Positions 38,192 to 50,300 of a stretch of DNA of 64,000 nt are shown here, in pieces. The first letter of the stretch is position 1. The number at the start of each line of letters is the position of its first letter. Position numbers and translations under genes: made by a program. Under the pieces are notes generated by a model. The model was not told where the DNA came from. It did no database searches and saw nothing but the letters and a program-made list of their open reading frames with translations. The stretch is from Tubiluchus corallicola (taxonomy: Eukaryota > Animalia > Priapulida): the NCBI GenBank assembly GCA_030141605.1, contig JAQGDQ010000016.1:498282-562281 (forward strand). The letters are read 5' to 3'.

Positions 38192-39115
38192 CTACAAGTT
38201 AGAAAGAATAATATCACCCATAGGGGGTAATTCCTTTTCCTCTAAGAAAGCACAGATTAATGGTGCTACAACTTGCGGTGTATTTAAATGAAAATGATGG
38301 CTTCCTTTAACTTCTACAACATGAAACTTTCTACAGTTCTTTTTATAAATATCAAATACTTCTTTCTCTGCTTCCTTCAGCAGGTGCTTCCATGGTGTCT
38401 CTGTAGCATTGACTAGCAGAATATCAGCTGTTATTCGATTTGCAAATGCTATCACATGGTCGGCAGTAAATGATAACGGTGTCATTACTTTTAATCGATG
38501 GTCCCGACGGAATATGACTTTGCCATCCAGAGTTTGAATTGTTCCTCGTTCAAGTAAGATTCTTGCTGAATTTTCATTGACTGAATGTGAGGATGCTTTA
38601 ATGTACCTTTGCAAAGCATCTTCATAATCATGCTCAGTACTTCGAGGTGAAGCCGTCGTTTCAAGACTGACAAGCTCTTGTGATGCTTGCATCAAACGCT
38701 CAGGCGTTTTTTCCATAGTAGTTATAATGGGCCTCCACTGATCAAGCATTATCAGTTTTTTAACAGAATCAGGAAAAGTTCCTGCAAACAACACAGCAAC
38801 AGCAGCACCCATGCTGTGTGCTAGAAGACTGAAGTTCTTCCATTGCAAATGCATCAGAGCTCGGTGTAAGTGCGTTACCCAATCGGAAAAATGGTAGTGC
38901 ATTCCAGCTGGAATGTGAGACGATAGTCCATGTCCTGGAAAATCGATGGCCACAAAGTGCACAGATTTTGGAAGTAAAGGAGCTAATCCATCAAAACTGT
39001 TTGCATTGTCTTGCCATCCGTGTACTCCAAGAATCTTGCAGTCTGAAGTTAGATCTCCCCACTCCTTTGCTGCAATGTGACCCCAAGGTACAGGTATTTT
39101 CAACTCAGTGTGCAT
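38192..39115 (-). CDS. SERHL: Serine hydrolase-like protein (SERHL/kraken family alpha/beta hydrolase), 307 aa from the first in-exon ATG
   Basis: PVPWGHIAAKEWG, GVHGWQDNANSF, AIDFPGHGLSSH, nucleophile elbow AHSMG and C-terminal GSHHFHL. An acceptor TTTTATTTTTAG opens the exon at 39119, so the first ~12 aa of the track ORF are intronic. Confidence 0.9.
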   Translation of the reverse strand: MHTELKIPVPWGHIAAKEWGDLTSDCKILGVHGWQDNANSFDGLAPLLPKSVHFVAIDFPGHGLSSHIPAGMHYHFSDWVTHLHRALMHLQWKNFSLLAHSMGAAVAVLFAGTFPDSVKKLIMLDQWRPIITTMEKTPERLMQASQELVSLETTASPRSTEHDYEDALQRYIKASSHSVNENSARILLERGTIQTLDGKVIFRRDHRLKVMTPLSFTADHVIAFANRITADILLVNATETPWKHLLKEAEKEVFDIYKKNCRKFHVVEVKGSHHFHLNTPQVVAPLICAFLEEKELPPMGDIILSNL

Positions 39116-42100
39116 GCTTCTAAAAATAAAATAAAAATTGCAATTGTATCTCATTTATACTTACACATTTATAAATAATGTAAATTCTTTGGACCAGTCT
39201 CATTCTGACATGCTCCAAAATGTTTTGTAAAATTCACATATAAGAAAGTAACCAGTGTAACTATTACAATTTTTTACCAAGCTTCAACATAACCTATACA
39301 CAAATTAAAGCCAAAAATGGTTTTTGTTATCATTAAACTCCTGAGACAGATAAACACTAGCACACTGCAGTCTAGACTAGCTGATTACAAACACACTGCA
39401 CAGTGGTGCACAAGACGTCAAAAGACTGTACATCCAACTCTTCCAGCAGGCAGCAAGTGCTTTTTTGCCTTGTTACACGTGCCTTTTCCACTTGTTACAT
39501 GCATTTCACGGACTCCTGGGAATCAAAAATATGAATGAATCAAAAAATAACAGCATATATAGTACTTTATTATTTCTAGTTTATCGCAAAATATTGTTAA
39601 CTATCTTTTTGTTGGAAATGATGTTCTGAAGATGAGCGAGATTCATTGACTGGAGGTTTGATTTGCCAGTTGCACAGAACCTGTCAACAGTGTAGTGACA
39701 TCGAGAGCTTAATATGATGAACTAGAACCAGCGTGCAAATTTTCGAAAGCTGCTGGTGCAGTTGTCAATATAAAACTTGTCATATTAGTAATGAAATTTC
39801 TGCAGAAACACTGTGGTACCTGTTCAATATCTAACTCCTATTTTTTGTGTTAGTGAACCACATATGGAAAAATTAGACCAGCAATCCTATTTCTTGTGTT
39901 TTTAATATTGATATTTGGATTTGTTTCATTTTAATACTAGTATTTTACACATTTAAATTGTACATAATGATCATTAGTTTAATTTGCTTAACTTCATTGA
40001 AGTTTCTTTAAATTTACAATTTCATTATAGCTTTAAGTTCAATGTGCTTTATTTTACCATTTTCAAAAATGCATACATGTTTATCTTTATTGATATCCAC
40101 TCACTCATCTTCATCTTCATAATATTGAACACCGCTATATAGCATCCACGCTTCAATATTTGAACGTAACAGTCTAGGTGACAGGTGAATAAGTGTGCAA
40201 TGCCTAGGTAGAGCAAAAAAGTGGTGTAGATCCCTGGTGGGGAGGCATGCATAATAAAACAGTAGCACAGTACACATTAGTGTTTGTCTAAAACCAATTT
40301 CAATACTCGCTATTCTGGTACTCGCAGAAATGTGCCTCCAGGGACTTAGACTGATTATTGTTGCCCAGTACAACACTTCTTGATAAAGCAGTCCACTCAA
40401 TGATAGTACACTGGGCATACTGTTTCAGTTGCTCAGTGCTTAACTTTGTAGTTTTTGGAACTGAACTACACTGGCATACAGACTAAATTGCATGCTTGTC
40501 TGTTCTTTCTACTGGGTGTCATGGTGGGATTTTAATTGCATTCAGACCGTGGACAGCACTGTAGAAAAAACTCAATCAAACTATCCTTCCTGCAAATGCT
40601 TGGGATGCTTAGTACATATTCCTCCTCTGCTTCACCTAGTTTGCATATTATGTTGTTTCTCAGTTGTCTGAATATAGCCTAGTCACTTTCCTTGTTCATC
40701 TACTCAGCTTTTATAAATGATCTCAGCCCCATTCTCATGTGTCACAGTGCTCATCCATGTTAATATAAAAACTGTAAAGTTACTATGTATCAATCAGTTA
40801 TAGCACATTATGTAAACAAATCAAGTGTTAATTAAGTGTTATTAACTTAATCGTCTGATAGTGTGTAGACCTGGATATTTCTCTGGATGTCTTGAATTTA
40901 ATGTGCATACTTTTGCATACTGATTTTTAAGTAGTGTTGTCACAAAACTAAATCTTCTCCCTTTATTATTATTCTACTATTTTAAAATTAAGTGATTTTA
41001 ACTTAAAAACTGAAATATATTTATCTCTCTACTTTCTATCTGTTATAGGTCATTTCATGTAGACTACTAATGCATGCTATAGTACAAGTATTATTAGTAT
41101 TACAATGTAAAAATGAGCAGCAGCTTTTAAAATAGACGTTACTAATGTTTTGTCGTAAAGTGATCACCTGAAAATTGAGATTTTTGCTACAGTCAAGGAT
41201 AATAGGTCAATAAAGTGAAATATTAATATTGAAGTAGGTTCATAACTTCTTCAAACTTTTCAGACAGAGGGCTTGTGTCCATAACGCTCATCGCATTACG
41301 TCTTTGTAAGGCAACAGATAAAGGCGTGATAATAATAATTTGCTCCCAACTTCAAATAGCAAAATAGCGAGAAAAATTTGCACAAATGCTAAAAGCAAAC
41401 AAAACGCAACACGGTACACTTACGACAACATTAGGCATAGCAACACGAAGCTAAAATCATGCTAGAAATTGTTCGTGCCTAAGAAAACTTGAACCAAGTG
41501 AATAAAACCTTAGCAGCGACATGAATAATACCAACAAGTGATTGCCCAGTTACTTTTGCACAATCACATCAAAAGAAATAATAGCTAAACAAAGAAACTC
41601 GGCAAAACTCAGGCCACAGGGTGATGTCAAACGCTCGCTAAGTGAAAGCTGCCATGAGTAGCACGAATTGCACAAAGCGGAAACTTTATTAAGGTTCTTT
41701 TAACTCTATGGTTCACTCATGGAACCATTAATCAGAATCTCAGGAAAGATAATACGGACTATGGAGTACGGACTAGGACAAAATAAAGAATGTAGTAAAA
41801 TAACACCTTCTCAAGCTTAAAAGTACATAGCAAAAACCCATTATTCTCAACAAAAAATCAAAAGTGGCCAGTAAAAAACAAAAGTGCATAGCAAAAAAAT
41901 GAAAAGTACACAGTGTCAAAACAAAAGTGCATAATGTTAACTTATCAATGCAGAATAGTGCAGGCCCTTCTAACGTTAATAACCCAGCCGGAATTAAGTG
42001 TATAGCTTGATGAAGACTCAAATTGTGCATCCAAGAAGCGAAGTACGTAAAATTTTGCTAATCAAAACATGTAGCTAATAATAATAAAATTTCAACAGAA

Positions 42101-42194
42101 TTTTTATTTAGATTTTAGCATTTTTGCTATAGACCCGAGAAAGGCTTTACAAAAACTAAAGTTTTTCCACAAGAAGATTTTCAACAACTGTGTC

Positions 42195-42378
42195 TGTAAC
42201 AAAACAATAAGGCCTGCCGCGTAGAACAAAACAATAAAGTCTGCACAGCCCAGCAGCCTAAAACAAAGCAAAAAAGGCATGCACAGACCTGCCACCTAGA
42301 ACAAAACAATAAAGTATGCACAGTCCTGTTGCCTATAACAAGACAAAAAGGCCTGCACAGCACTATCACTTAGAACGA
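42195..42378. repeat. Degenerate ~38-bp tandem repeat (about 5 units)
   Basis: Recurring TAGAACAAAACAATAAAGTCTGCACAG...CC units with alternating variants. Confidence 0.7.
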
Positions 42379-42557
42379 ATGTGTGACTTACTAAACTTTC
42401 ATATTTACACCACAAAAGTTTTCCAGGTATACATGATCCAGAAATTGTAACGTACTTTATTTTACTCAATAGGTAAAAGTTATACTTCTAGACACTAGGT
42501 GGTGGCACTAACTTATCGAACCAACTGTTGTCTTTTTACGATTACGTGATTAATTAT

Positions 42558-42730
42558 TTGGAAGAAGTTACAATGTACAACACAATTTAAATACCCTAGC
42601 TCTAACCTAACCCTAGCCCTAACTCCAACCCTAATCCCAAGCCTAATCCAAATCCTAATACTAACCCAAATTATAATCAGCTTCACGAACTAATTTCTTG
42701 TGTGTGAGGAAATGTAAACTTTAGCCAATT
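42558..42730. mobile_element. Short dispersed repeat with internal telomere-like (CCCTAA/CCTAAT)n tract, copy 1
   Basis: Shares TTTAAATACCC...(CCTAAY)n...GCTTCACGAACTAATTT.TTGTGTGTG.GGAA.TGTAAA.TTTAGC with 57521-57662. Confidence 0.8.
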
Positions 42731-42906
42731 ATTTTTCCATCTTATAACGTCACATCTATTTTTGTGTCATAATAATGATTCTTGTATTTTAACTGCCACT
42801 TTCACTGCATATACATTACTTTTAATTTTAGTTAGTGAAACAAGCTTATAATAATTTTAAGCATAGAATAGGAAAATGCTTACATAATACATTATTATTA
42901 TTATTA

Positions 42907-43960
42907 CAGTCTAACCTCGTTATCTCGCCCCTCGTTATGCCGCCAAACTCGTCTCTCGCCATAGAAAGTACCAGGACGGATTTCCTGCTTTGATATTTAC
43001 CTCGTTAGGTCGCCACCCTCGCTTCTCGCCCTCGCCACGTCATGCTAGGATGAGTGCTTATGTAAACTATATTCGTTATGTCGCCAAACAGACAAACTCA
43101 GAGGTGAATCGCTCAATACCGCGTGTCGATCAATATAACCGTGGTATGTAGACAATGCTGCTGTTCTCGATAGACAGACATAATTAATCTAGTGTGTGTC
43201 TCACCAGGATTAGATTAGGAGTGCTGTGGTTGGTTAATGCGCAGAGAAACTAAAGCATCACCGATATCCTTACTCTATAACACCAAAGCTGCGTTTAAGT
43301 TTGAGTTTCCACAAAGTGTGAGCAACTTTACATGATGTCTCTGAAGCGAAAACTGTTTTGTCTTAATCCTGAACAAAAAAAGGAAATTTGTATTTATCAT
43401 ACGAATAATTCTTCAAAGATACATCAGGAAATTGCTACTGTATTTAGTGTGTTTCGCAACCACCGTGAATTTCGCAACCTATTTGCGTCGCTGGGTATAC
43501 CGGCTGAGCTGCTGACGACACTGGCCGAGTACTTAACGGTGGACAATTCAAGGATTGTGTTTGATTAAACGTCGTGTTGACTGCTTGCGTGTATCATCAA
43601 TGAAACAGTCGTCTCTTCTGAATTATTTCAGTCGTCAGTAACTCACATGTGAACATTTCTAAATCTTTTGCTAAGTTTATTGCATTTAAGTGTATACTCG
43701 AAAAAGGTTTTTTAAATAAAAAAGTAACGTTCTAAGATTATTTTTATGACATTTTTTCATTTCTGATTTAATGATCATTGGTATCATAATGCGAAATATA
43801 TTTTATATGTACATAGAGGAACACTATGTTAATCAACTATTATGTACAGTATGTATATACATATAGACTAACTTCGTTATATTCCCGTTATCTCGCCATA
43901 CTCGCCTCTCGCCAAAAATTTGCCCTAGACGGACAGTGGCGAGATAACGAGGTTAGACGG
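42907..43960 (+). mobile_element. pogo/Tigger-type non-autonomous DNA transposon
   Basis: 23-bp TIRs CAGTCTAACCTCGTTATCTCGCC (one mismatch), TA on both sides and multiple subterminal CTCGTTATnTCGCC repeats. The internal ORF 43332-43568 begins MSLKRKLFCLNPEQKKEICIY...HQEIATVF, like the CENP-B/Tigger N-terminal HTH. No DDE domain. Confidence 0.85.
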
Positions 43961-44310
43961 TATTAAAATTACAAGAGCAGTTATGTACAATATATTACAG
44001 AGTTATCTACTCGTTGTTTAACACAGATATATTAAAATCAAACAAGCCATACAGAATTACAGTGTAACCTTGAAATTAATAAACCCAATGGTTTGTAGTG
44101 GTAACAAAACTAACCAACTAACAATTAATGTAATTGCTAATGAAGACTTATGAACCATGTTGAGATTTCAACCCCCACATTTTATCTGCGGGTTAACAAA
44201 ATTGCCATTATTCTGTTATGAAGTTTCAGTCTCATAACAGTAATTTATTCAAATCTGCAAGGAGACATAACTAGGCATATTATATTAAAAATAAAACTGC
44301 ACTGTCTTGG

Positions 44311-47300
44311 TCACCAAACATATAAAGAGCCATCTGCTGGTCCTATATAACCAGTGGCAATTAGTATAACATCTACAATTGTCCAAACACCCAGTCCTCC
44401 AAAACTGAACAACTTGCCAATGCCTTCTTTCCATAAGCCAAGATAAAACCTGTCAACACCGAAGCCACCCAATGTCACACTTAATGCAAAAGCAGTTGAC
44501 CAGCGATAGCCTGCAGTCCAGTTGCAGTGCAGATTCTTGTAGAATTTTCTGTAGCCTGCAGAATAAAATAGTGACACCTTTTATTCTTGATGTTGCACTC
44601 TGATGAAAGTCACACTGGGGATCATATGCTAGAGTAAAGTTCACATTTACATGCACTTTCCATCTTCAAATTGAAAGGAAAGATGTTAAAAATATTAAGA
44701 GGAATAAAAAACTAATTTGAGCATGACACTGAATCAAGATTAAGTGAGGAGTGTTCACATAAGATGAAATGTTCAAGAATCTGCATCGGTTATATTAAGA
44801 ATGTTTACTGTTAATGACACATGTATCATATATAAATATGGATTGTGATCTGTTACACAGTAATTAGATGATGCTGTCTTATATTGTCGGGAGTAGAGAG
44901 CTAGTAGGATATTGTGATTTTCTATAGACTTTGGCATACCACATTCCAGAAAGGACCCAAAGGCAGGCTTACTTAAAGAGATGTTTATGATGCGACTCAT
45001 TACCAATGATATCTGTCTAAACTGAGTTGCTGAACCAGCTGAGATATCTCAAGAACAAATTCTTGAATTATGATAGAGGAGCGAGATGCTATACAGGAAA
45101 ATTTATTATAAAGTAACAGAAAGACACATTCCAAAAAATTCAAAATGTTTGCTGTAAATGAACAGATATAAATTAAACCATGTGTTATACACATTTAACA
45201 TTATTTAGACTGTACTATACGAAACTGTTAAAGTGCTAATGACAGTAAAGGAACGCAGTAATGAAATGTAAATAACAAGACACGGGAAGATAAGAAAACA
45301 GTATGCACAACAGTAGGGGTTAAAACCTTCACACTGTGATTTTAAACACAGCAACTATTAAAAGTTAAGACTTACCAAAACACAATATATTAGCATTCAC
45401 AGAGCAATTCGCACGATACGTGGTGCGTGGCACAGAAACTACACGACAATTTGATGATGTGCTGCATTTGTGCTCCCATTCGTCTGCTTGATAGCAGAAA
45501 CGACATTGAAATGTCTTGTTAAATTCGCGTTCACCCTTAAATTAAACAGATATATAACCAACTACAACCTAGTTCATTTGTCAAACCACAAACACTTTGT
45601 AACTTCATCGCCAACATAATCAGACAATTCATTTGTTATCATCTCAAAGGAAAACTTAAAGATTCTCTTGAACTCAGGGAGAAAAATATTAGAAAGTTTC
45701 AGCAATGTGACATGCATCTTGCATAATTAATAAATCACTGAAGACATAGTCATGATTCATTTCAAACTCCTTTCAGCTGCGGTCAACTATAAACAAACAA
45801 GTTTGAAATGCCATTTTATTTATTTCTGATAAGTTGATATCTTAACAACAGAGACCTCTTGAATATCTGCTAAAAGACCAAACTTAGGATTACTATCAAT
45901 ATTTTGAACATAATTGACTTTTTAATTAATGAATTGCTTCCAATTTGTTTACTGACTCTTTGGTATTGAAATTCTGTTTTGCCATATAGCTGTTTTGCAA
46001 TTATGATAATGCCACACAAGACGTTTTAGATTAAATTATAATTTATACATAATATTGCTGACATTAACATTGACAAATGACAAGGTATCGAATGAGTAAA
46101 TAAGATACTAGAACTAATGTACCATTCACTACAAATACCTACCTCACATTGGACCCCATCAAGAACGGCACACTTAGTGGTTGTTTCTTTGCCGTATGTA
46201 CAGTCCGTATAATTACATGTGATACATGCTGCATCAAGCTCACTGCATTTAAGATGGTTAGGACAATAGGCATCGTCTCTGGCAACTTTGTAGCGTGGAA
46301 CTAAGTACGATGACAAATTACATCAAAGCAAAATAGTTAACAAGAAAAAGGAGGTATGGCAATGTCATAACAATGACATTTATAACATGCTGTCAATTTT
46401 TAGAATTTGCAGAAAAATCATCTTTGGACGCATAACATAATTTGCAGAATCAAAATTTCTTTATTGTGTGAAAGAAAAGCCACACTTTTTCATACGATAT
46501 AATTCAACTAAAACTATATCTTACATAAACAAACTGGCCTTATAAAATTGACTCGATAATATCAACATGAACACAAAGATTTTCTTGAAAGATATTCCTT
46601 ATAGAAATGTGACCTGTAATTGATTACTATTAGCAAAAATCAGTGGGAAGAGAATTAAGAGAACAAATTCAAAAACAAAAATCTGATATCAACTGTAATG
46701 ATGTAATCTTTAAATAGCGGCCTTGAAGCACGTATGCGCATTTGAGAATAAAGAGTTTTGTCTTGTAACTCGCCATTACGTTTTGAATTTAGCTTTCTGT
46801 TTTATCTGTGTGTTCATCCAATTTGTGACAAGTGGCGAGGAGTTTTTTTTTGACAAAATATCAGTTTTTTATCACTAATGGTGTTGTAGAGGCTGAGAAG
46901 CAGAAAAGCAGTGTTGCTTAGTTCACTGGGAGCTAAAGCGTACGGTACACTGAGAAAAGTTTTGGCGCCTACAAAACCCAGTGAGAAAACTTTTGTCGAC
47001 ATAACTAAGGCTCTGCAGAATCATTTTTCACATAAACCGTTGGTGCAGGTGCATATTTACTCTGCAGAGACTGATAAACAGTATCTTCTTATTGTGACTG
47101 ACAGTTACTCCAAGTGGCTGGAATGCTTCCCTATGTCAAGCATGACTGCTGAGAGAACAATAGAGACTCTTCTAACATTGTTTGCAAGATATGGCTTGCC
47201 AGAAATGTTGGTGTCCGACAATGGACCCCAGTTCACATCAGAACTTTTTGAAACATTTTTAGAAGCAAGAATGGCATCCGATACGATCTGGGGCCAGTTT

Positions 47301-50300
47301 ATCATCCAGTATCAAATGGTGCAGCAGAAAGTGCTGTTCAAACTGTAAAGCTTGCTTTAAAGAAGCAAGGACTTGACAAGTCTCAGTGCAATTTGAGAGT
47401 ATAAGCATGCTAACTTCTTACTCATGTCTAGAAGTACACCACATCCAGTTACTGGAACAGCACCTTTTAAACTCTTTTTAAAGAGACAGCTGAGAACTCG
47501 GTTCTCATTGCTAAAACCACATCTTGAGCAGAATGTTTTTGATAAGCAAAATAAGCAAAAACAATGGCATGATAAACATGGTGTTAAATAACGAATTTCC
47601 ACTGAAGGAGAATCAGTTCACATTAAAAATTTGTGTGGCGTCCAGAAAAGTGGATTCTTGGCAAAATTGTGGAGGAAAAAGGACCTCTGACTCACCAAGT
47701 TAAAACTAATGATGGTGATAGGCATATGGAGCATTTACGCAAAGACTTGAACAGCTATTTACATCATGACTCGTATGCAGATACTAACCAACCTACTCCA
47801 GTTATTCCACCAGCTCCTGTCACAGAGGTTCGGGAACAACCTACTATCGCAAATCCAATGAACACTGAAATGGACAGTGGCAGCAAACAATCTAGTACTT
47901 CACTCTTCGCATGTACGGAAACCACCCGAAAGACTAAATTTATGAACTGTGTGATTGAATTGTTCATTAATAATGTGTGACTTTTCATATGCATTCAAAA
48001 CACTATGAAGTTGAAGTTGTGTTTTCTATGGTTTAGGCAGGCATATATTTTTATCAGTATATGATAGCAGTTGGTACATTAGCTATCGGTAAGCATTTTT
48101 GGTGTTGTGCATAATTGTGCATTTTCTTGTTGGTTAGTTGAATTCTAAAAAGAAAATTAGAGTTTAGTGTTATAGCAGATAGTTACATGTTGGCATACTT
48201 CCATGGGTATTTGGCTGTAATTATGTTAACAGGTTGGCAGAGTTTCATTTAATTATTTCTTTTGCGGTGAATTTAAACTGAATTCATAACAGGCATTTCT
48301 AACTGTATTTTTTGCGATGCAGTTTTGTACTTCTTATGCAATTGTGAAAAATTTGAGTTGCAAATTTTTTATTAAGAGGGGAAACGTGTAATGACGTAAT
48401 CTTTATATAGCGGTCTTGAAGCACGCATGCGCATTTGACAATAAAGAGTTGTCTTGTAACCTGCCATTACATTTTGAGTTTAGCTTTCTGTTTTATCTGT
48501 GTGTTCATCCAATTTGTGACATCAACATTTTGATATCTCAAGACAGCGAAATATTGCCACAAAATTTTTTGTTTTCATTTTAAATATTCTTTCCTGCCAT
48601 TTCTTTTATTCCTTTTTATCTTTTTTTATTGAAAAAGACAACTGAGTAATTTAGTGGACTGATTACAGCCTACGCTGCAAGCCCAGGTCTAAGCTCTACT
48701 ATTGAGTGACATTTTAGTTTAGAATTTGTAATTAGTTTTGACAATGCAATGGCTCTATCCCACCACCACAAAAAATCCATAAAAAATTATAGGGATTTTG
48801 AAAATAAGAACTCAAAATATAATTAATATAGTAAAATTAGACAAAATTAAACAAGATGTAGGAACTGCCATTAGGCCAAACTTCTGTTATTTGAAATTGC
48901 TAATAATTCAGTTCAAACTAGCTTACAAATTTGTATTAACCATAGATCTGCAGCAATAAAAGACACCCTCCTTAAAAGAGATCAGAATTTCATATATGCT
49001 CATCATGTACACAGACTATAACATAAGTAACTATTCCCTGAAAAGTCCCTCTATGTTCACAGCCTTCATTAGCATTTAATAAAAGCAGTTACATGCATAT
49101 AGTTGTTTTCAGTACTACCATACGTGCATGACTAATATAGCAAAGAAGTCTGCATCAAATAATTTTAAATTAAATGTTGCATTTTCTTAATTAATTACTT
49201 AATTTAGGAACATATTGAAAAAGTAAAGATATATATATAGAGCTATGCTTACTATAAAATGAATCGGCTACTGGCTCTCTATCACTGACTATGAACTCAT
49301 CGTATTTGTATTGGTCCTTGTTATTGTCCACTGTAAAATATCAATGCAAAATACTATGACAAACAATAAAAATAGTCAAGAATTAAAAACAACATTAAAT
49401 GAAGAACTTGAAATTGACAAGAATTTTCCAGTCGTCATTTGTGATGCACTTTCAGTTTTTTAGAGCCTTTAGTGAGATTCTTGTTGCCACCCAAGGACCG
49501 TTGCTTTTTAAATGTTGTTTAACGAAACTCACACTATATACTTTGGTCAATACATGAAACGAACACAAGCAAAATTCTAGCTCCTTCTAGTTCTTGACTT
49601 ATTATTTTTTAAAACAAAAATTGGTGTACGCCATTTCTTTTTACTTGCAATGCATGATATACGTATTTAGCATATTTGAGCTTCTATATCTTTAAAAATA
49701 AATGTTGTATGCAGCTTAAAATGTGCACTATGATAAACTGCACCTAATTTTCATGATAAAAAGTATCAGTATACTTCCATCTTATTTGGTTTTTGAGATA
49801 CACCCCTTTGAAAACAATTTGCAGATTACAATTTACAGATTTTCTAAAGCCACCAGCATAGAAGCAAAGAAGATAAATGGTTTTATATTATAGGTATATG
49901 TTAACCAGGTGACACTTAATCCACTGCTTCATTTCTAGTTGAGTAACTGCATAGGCGAGCAAACTGTGAGAGCCTAAAATGCTTCAAAAAATAAATAACG
50001 AAAACAGACTTTTAGTCTATGATGAGGTACTTCACTATGTGGGTAACTACTGAAGCCATTCAAACTTTCACAGTATAAAGGTCACTAATGCATTTACTAG
50101 TGGTCCATTTTTAAGCCTTAAGCTAAACTTCCTTTTATAGGCCTACAAAAAGTAGTAGTCAAAATGCTTATTGAGCGTAAACAATTGTTTTGACTGTAAC
50201 AGTAATTGTCAGTACTATAAGTCAAGCCAAAAAATGGAATAATTAGTACATTGCTGATTTTAAAGTACTAAGGCATAAAATGCCATTACAAAATCAAAAC

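Noticed and set aside
41330-42180. Short A-rich ~21-bp repeats and a weak inverted pair suggesting a DNA transposon
   Set aside because: Boundaries are undefined and low complexity could produce the matches.
16240-42510. CTCF-like motifs at ~16240-16257 and ~42492-42508
   Set aside because: Only partial matches by eye; they cannot be distinguished from chance without PWM scoring or ChIP.
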